Origin: Octopus bimaculoides
Lineage: Eukaryota
Assembly: GCF_001194135.2 (NCBI RefSeq)
Contig: NC_068995.1
Location: 38,757,339 to 38,821,338, forward strand
Reading direction: 5' to 3'
DNA: 64,000 bases
Part shown: in pieces, positions 61,294 to 64,000 of the stretch
Position numbering within the stretch: the first letter of the stretch is position 1
Layout: the number at the start of each line of letters is the position of its first letter
The notes under the pieces: generated by a model
What the model saw: only the letters and a program-made list of their open reading frames with translations
What the model was told of the DNA's origin: nothing
Databases searched by the model: none
Translations under genes and position numbers: made by a program

Positions 61294-61879
61294 TATATNN
61301 NNNNNNNNNNNNNNNNNNNNNNNNNNNNNNNNNNNNNNNNNNNNNNNNNNNNNNNNNNNNNNNNNNNNNNNNNNNNNNNNNNNNNNNNNNNNNNNNNNNN
61401 NNNNNNNNNNNNNNNNNNNNNNNNNNNNNNNNNNNNNNNNNNNNNNNNNNNNNNNNNNNATATATAGCATGTTCGGGTTAAATTTCACCTTTTTATTCTG
61501 CTTTTCTTTTCAGAAACAGCTTCATGTATTTGTGGACAGGGAACGGCTACGAAGAGGACAAAAAATATAAGTTGATATGAAAAACAGTTAGTTGACATTG
61601 AGAATTGGAAGCCATCTGAAGATTCAAAAAAAAAAAAAGAAGAAAACTTTATTGTATGATGATGATTCGTGCCGAGCGTCCAAGTACCTTCATAATAATC
61701 ATTGATCAATGCTCTATGAACATTGTAGGGGCTGTAAAATATGACATGGACAAATGAAACGGAGACTAAAAATCCGTGGGCAGTGCCCTCTCACACAAGC
61801 GTTGGCGTTCTTATTGTGGAATTCATTTCTAAAGAATTGTAACGTCAAGTGTATAAATTCTCCTGTTGTTCTGTTCTAT

Positions 61880-62230
61880 AGGCTACAGTATTCGTGTGCG
61901 TGATCTTCTACAAATTACGTTTTATCCAGTCATTATGAATTTAGACGACTATGTCGATCTTCTGGAGACTGTAGTCAATGCCAGACTGGAGGAGTGTGCG
62001 ACTGGAAGTCCATGTGTATTTCAGCAGCATCAGACTCAATGCCATACCCCAGAAAGACCCCAGAATGTTTGTCTGAGAATTTCTTCGAATTCACCAGGTG
62101 CAATGTCGAACACTTTAACACACCCGACTGTAATTCGATGCATTACTAAGTGTGGAGCACAGTTAAGAAAGAAATCAACTGTCTTTCCCAGCAACACTAA
62201 AGCTCTTCTTGATTATTAAAGTACTTTTAA
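61880..62230 (+). mobile_element. maT (DD37D)-like Tc1/mariner transposase fragment
   Basis: Remnants read MNLDDYVDLLETVV..SPCVFQQH..CHT, RKTPECLSENFFEF and NTPDCNSMHY*VWS. Confidence 0.72.
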
Positions 62231-64000
62231 TTCGGGATAGGATATTGTGTTTTACTTTTTCAAACCCTCAAATGCAGCACTAGCACCCTGCATATATGTG
62301 AAGGTATGAATATATAAATGCTTTAACGCACAATTTCATGGATATATATAGGCAGGTAGATTGATAGATACATAGATTACGTGAATATGTTCTGTGTGTA
62401 TGCATGTATGTACATAATCAATGATATCATTTACAAATTCATAGGTATATACTGAAATAATAAATTCAAGTATTTTGCTGCATACTTTCAGAAAGTGATA
62501 CTAACACTACAAGCTGTATATGCTAGATTTATATTATTTTAATCATTCTCCCTTCCAAGACGTACCAATATTTTACACAGAAGGCTTAGAATCATTCGAC
62601 GAACTAGTAGTTAAAATGTTCCACTCACACGCAAATATGATATCACGAAAATTACAACTATGAAGGATTGTTTGTATAAACATGCCCAAACATTATTCAA
62701 AAAGTGTTTTCCTATGTATGTATTCCCTGTTTGACCCTTCATTCACATTGCTCAACTTCAATCCCTACTTTAAAATTTAAGTTTTTTACAATATACACTA
62801 TAATTCGAAATATATGTATGTTTCTTTTTTTAGTGTACATATTCAATTCTACATTAGATTTTTACACGTTCCTCCGAAATGCGTTTTTTTTATTTACTTA
62901 CATATAAAATTTAAAGCCTTTTAAAATTACTGCTTTAACCACACTTGTTTAACCAATTGTATGAGCTTCTGAAACCGCATCCAATTCAGCAGACACTATT
63001 AAGGCTGTCCATCTAACTTCCAAACTGGAAAGGAAATCTGCATTGGAATTTAGGAGAAAACAACCAAAAGAAAAGTATTGTATTATCTGATTAACAACTT
63101 TCTGAGAAACTCTACAAAATGTCTGTCGATATGACGAACGGAACAAAATATCTTTAATTAATCTTCCCACCGACATTACTCTTGGGCTTAGATCTGTGTA
63201 TTTGCTTTTGTATTCTGTTTTAATCTACCATCAAACAATAGAAAATACAGAACAATGGAGAATATAGAAGGATATCTTGAAAGAAAATATTAGTTGGAAA
63301 TATTCTATTTGTTCAAAAAATGTAGAACTTCAATTTTCAAGTGCACAATACGTTATCGTTACTGTAACAGATTTTGCAATAAGAAACCGCAGTGCGTCAC
63401 AGCCCTGCTGTGTAATATAATCCTTCGATATGCAAACTAAGCGAACTAAGTGACCAGCGCTGCGGTGGTTGTGCGGATTGATGAAACCTATTCAAAGGAA
63501 AGTAATACTTCTTCAACATCTCTATTCTCGTCTATAGGAAATAGTAACTGACACATCTTTCAATGATACTATCACATCTGTCACTTCTTAAAAAAACACA
63601 ACCAATTTGTTTATGTTCCGTTAGGGTCAGAACAATGACAGCATACGCTCTGATCACTGAGTTCAAGGCAATGATAAATTCCATACACGAAAATTAAAGA
63701 AACGTTGTCAAACGAAAAACTGTTCAATTGTCTACGGATGTTAATATAACAAAAGGGGATCAGCTGATTGAAACTGCCGAATATTCCAGGCAGATAGACA
63801 GAGAACAATATATATTAAAGTTGTCTTTGCAAATACCAACAGGAGGCCTGTCTTTGAATCTTTCTCTATGTTTTTCTTCAGCACTGTCCTTCATAAAATC
63901 TGCTAGCTAAATGAATGTTCATATAGATGATATTTGAAAGTGGAAAAGAGTATTGTCTTACATTACAAAAGAAAAAGTACATTTAATAATACAGAATAAG

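Noticed and set aside
63728-63910. ORF containing IDRE (cadherin LDRE-like)
   Set aside because: There is an in-frame stop at 63695, no usable acceptor or donor, and no other cadherin motifs.

Overview
AT-rich, microsatellite- and transposon-dense animal genomic DNA with ten N gaps, mostly flanked by (TA)n. The SINE, R4/Dong, Penelope and mariner content fits an octopus draft assembly (inference from repeat types, not a database result). The only secure protein-coding gene is a single-coding-exon class A (rhodopsin-like) orphan GPCR at 13193-14179 (+). It resembles the FMRFamide/sex-peptide-receptor-like group, but its DRY motif is replaced by L-I-I and NPxxY by KPIVY. It has a good upstream splice acceptor (13156), candidate 5' UTR donors (8618/8640) and an overlapping uORF. 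Most other ORF-track entries are microsatellite or gap artefacts, or decayed transposons. The decayed transposons are four R4/Dong LINE pieces, Penelope-like elements (one inverted pair, and one with a hammerhead ribozyme split by an inverted copy of its own 5' junction), RTE and L1/Tx1 LINE fragments, three mariners, a long-TIR Tc1, a maT fragment, hAT and Merlin-like MITEs with perfect 8-bp TSDs, and many copies of three tRNA-derived SINE families. Several minus-strand 15-30 nt segments with strong splice signals may be micro-exons of an unannotated host gene, with the GPCR nested antisense in one of its introns. This is unverified. All alignments were done by eye, so repeat boundaries without a TIR or TSD are approximate.
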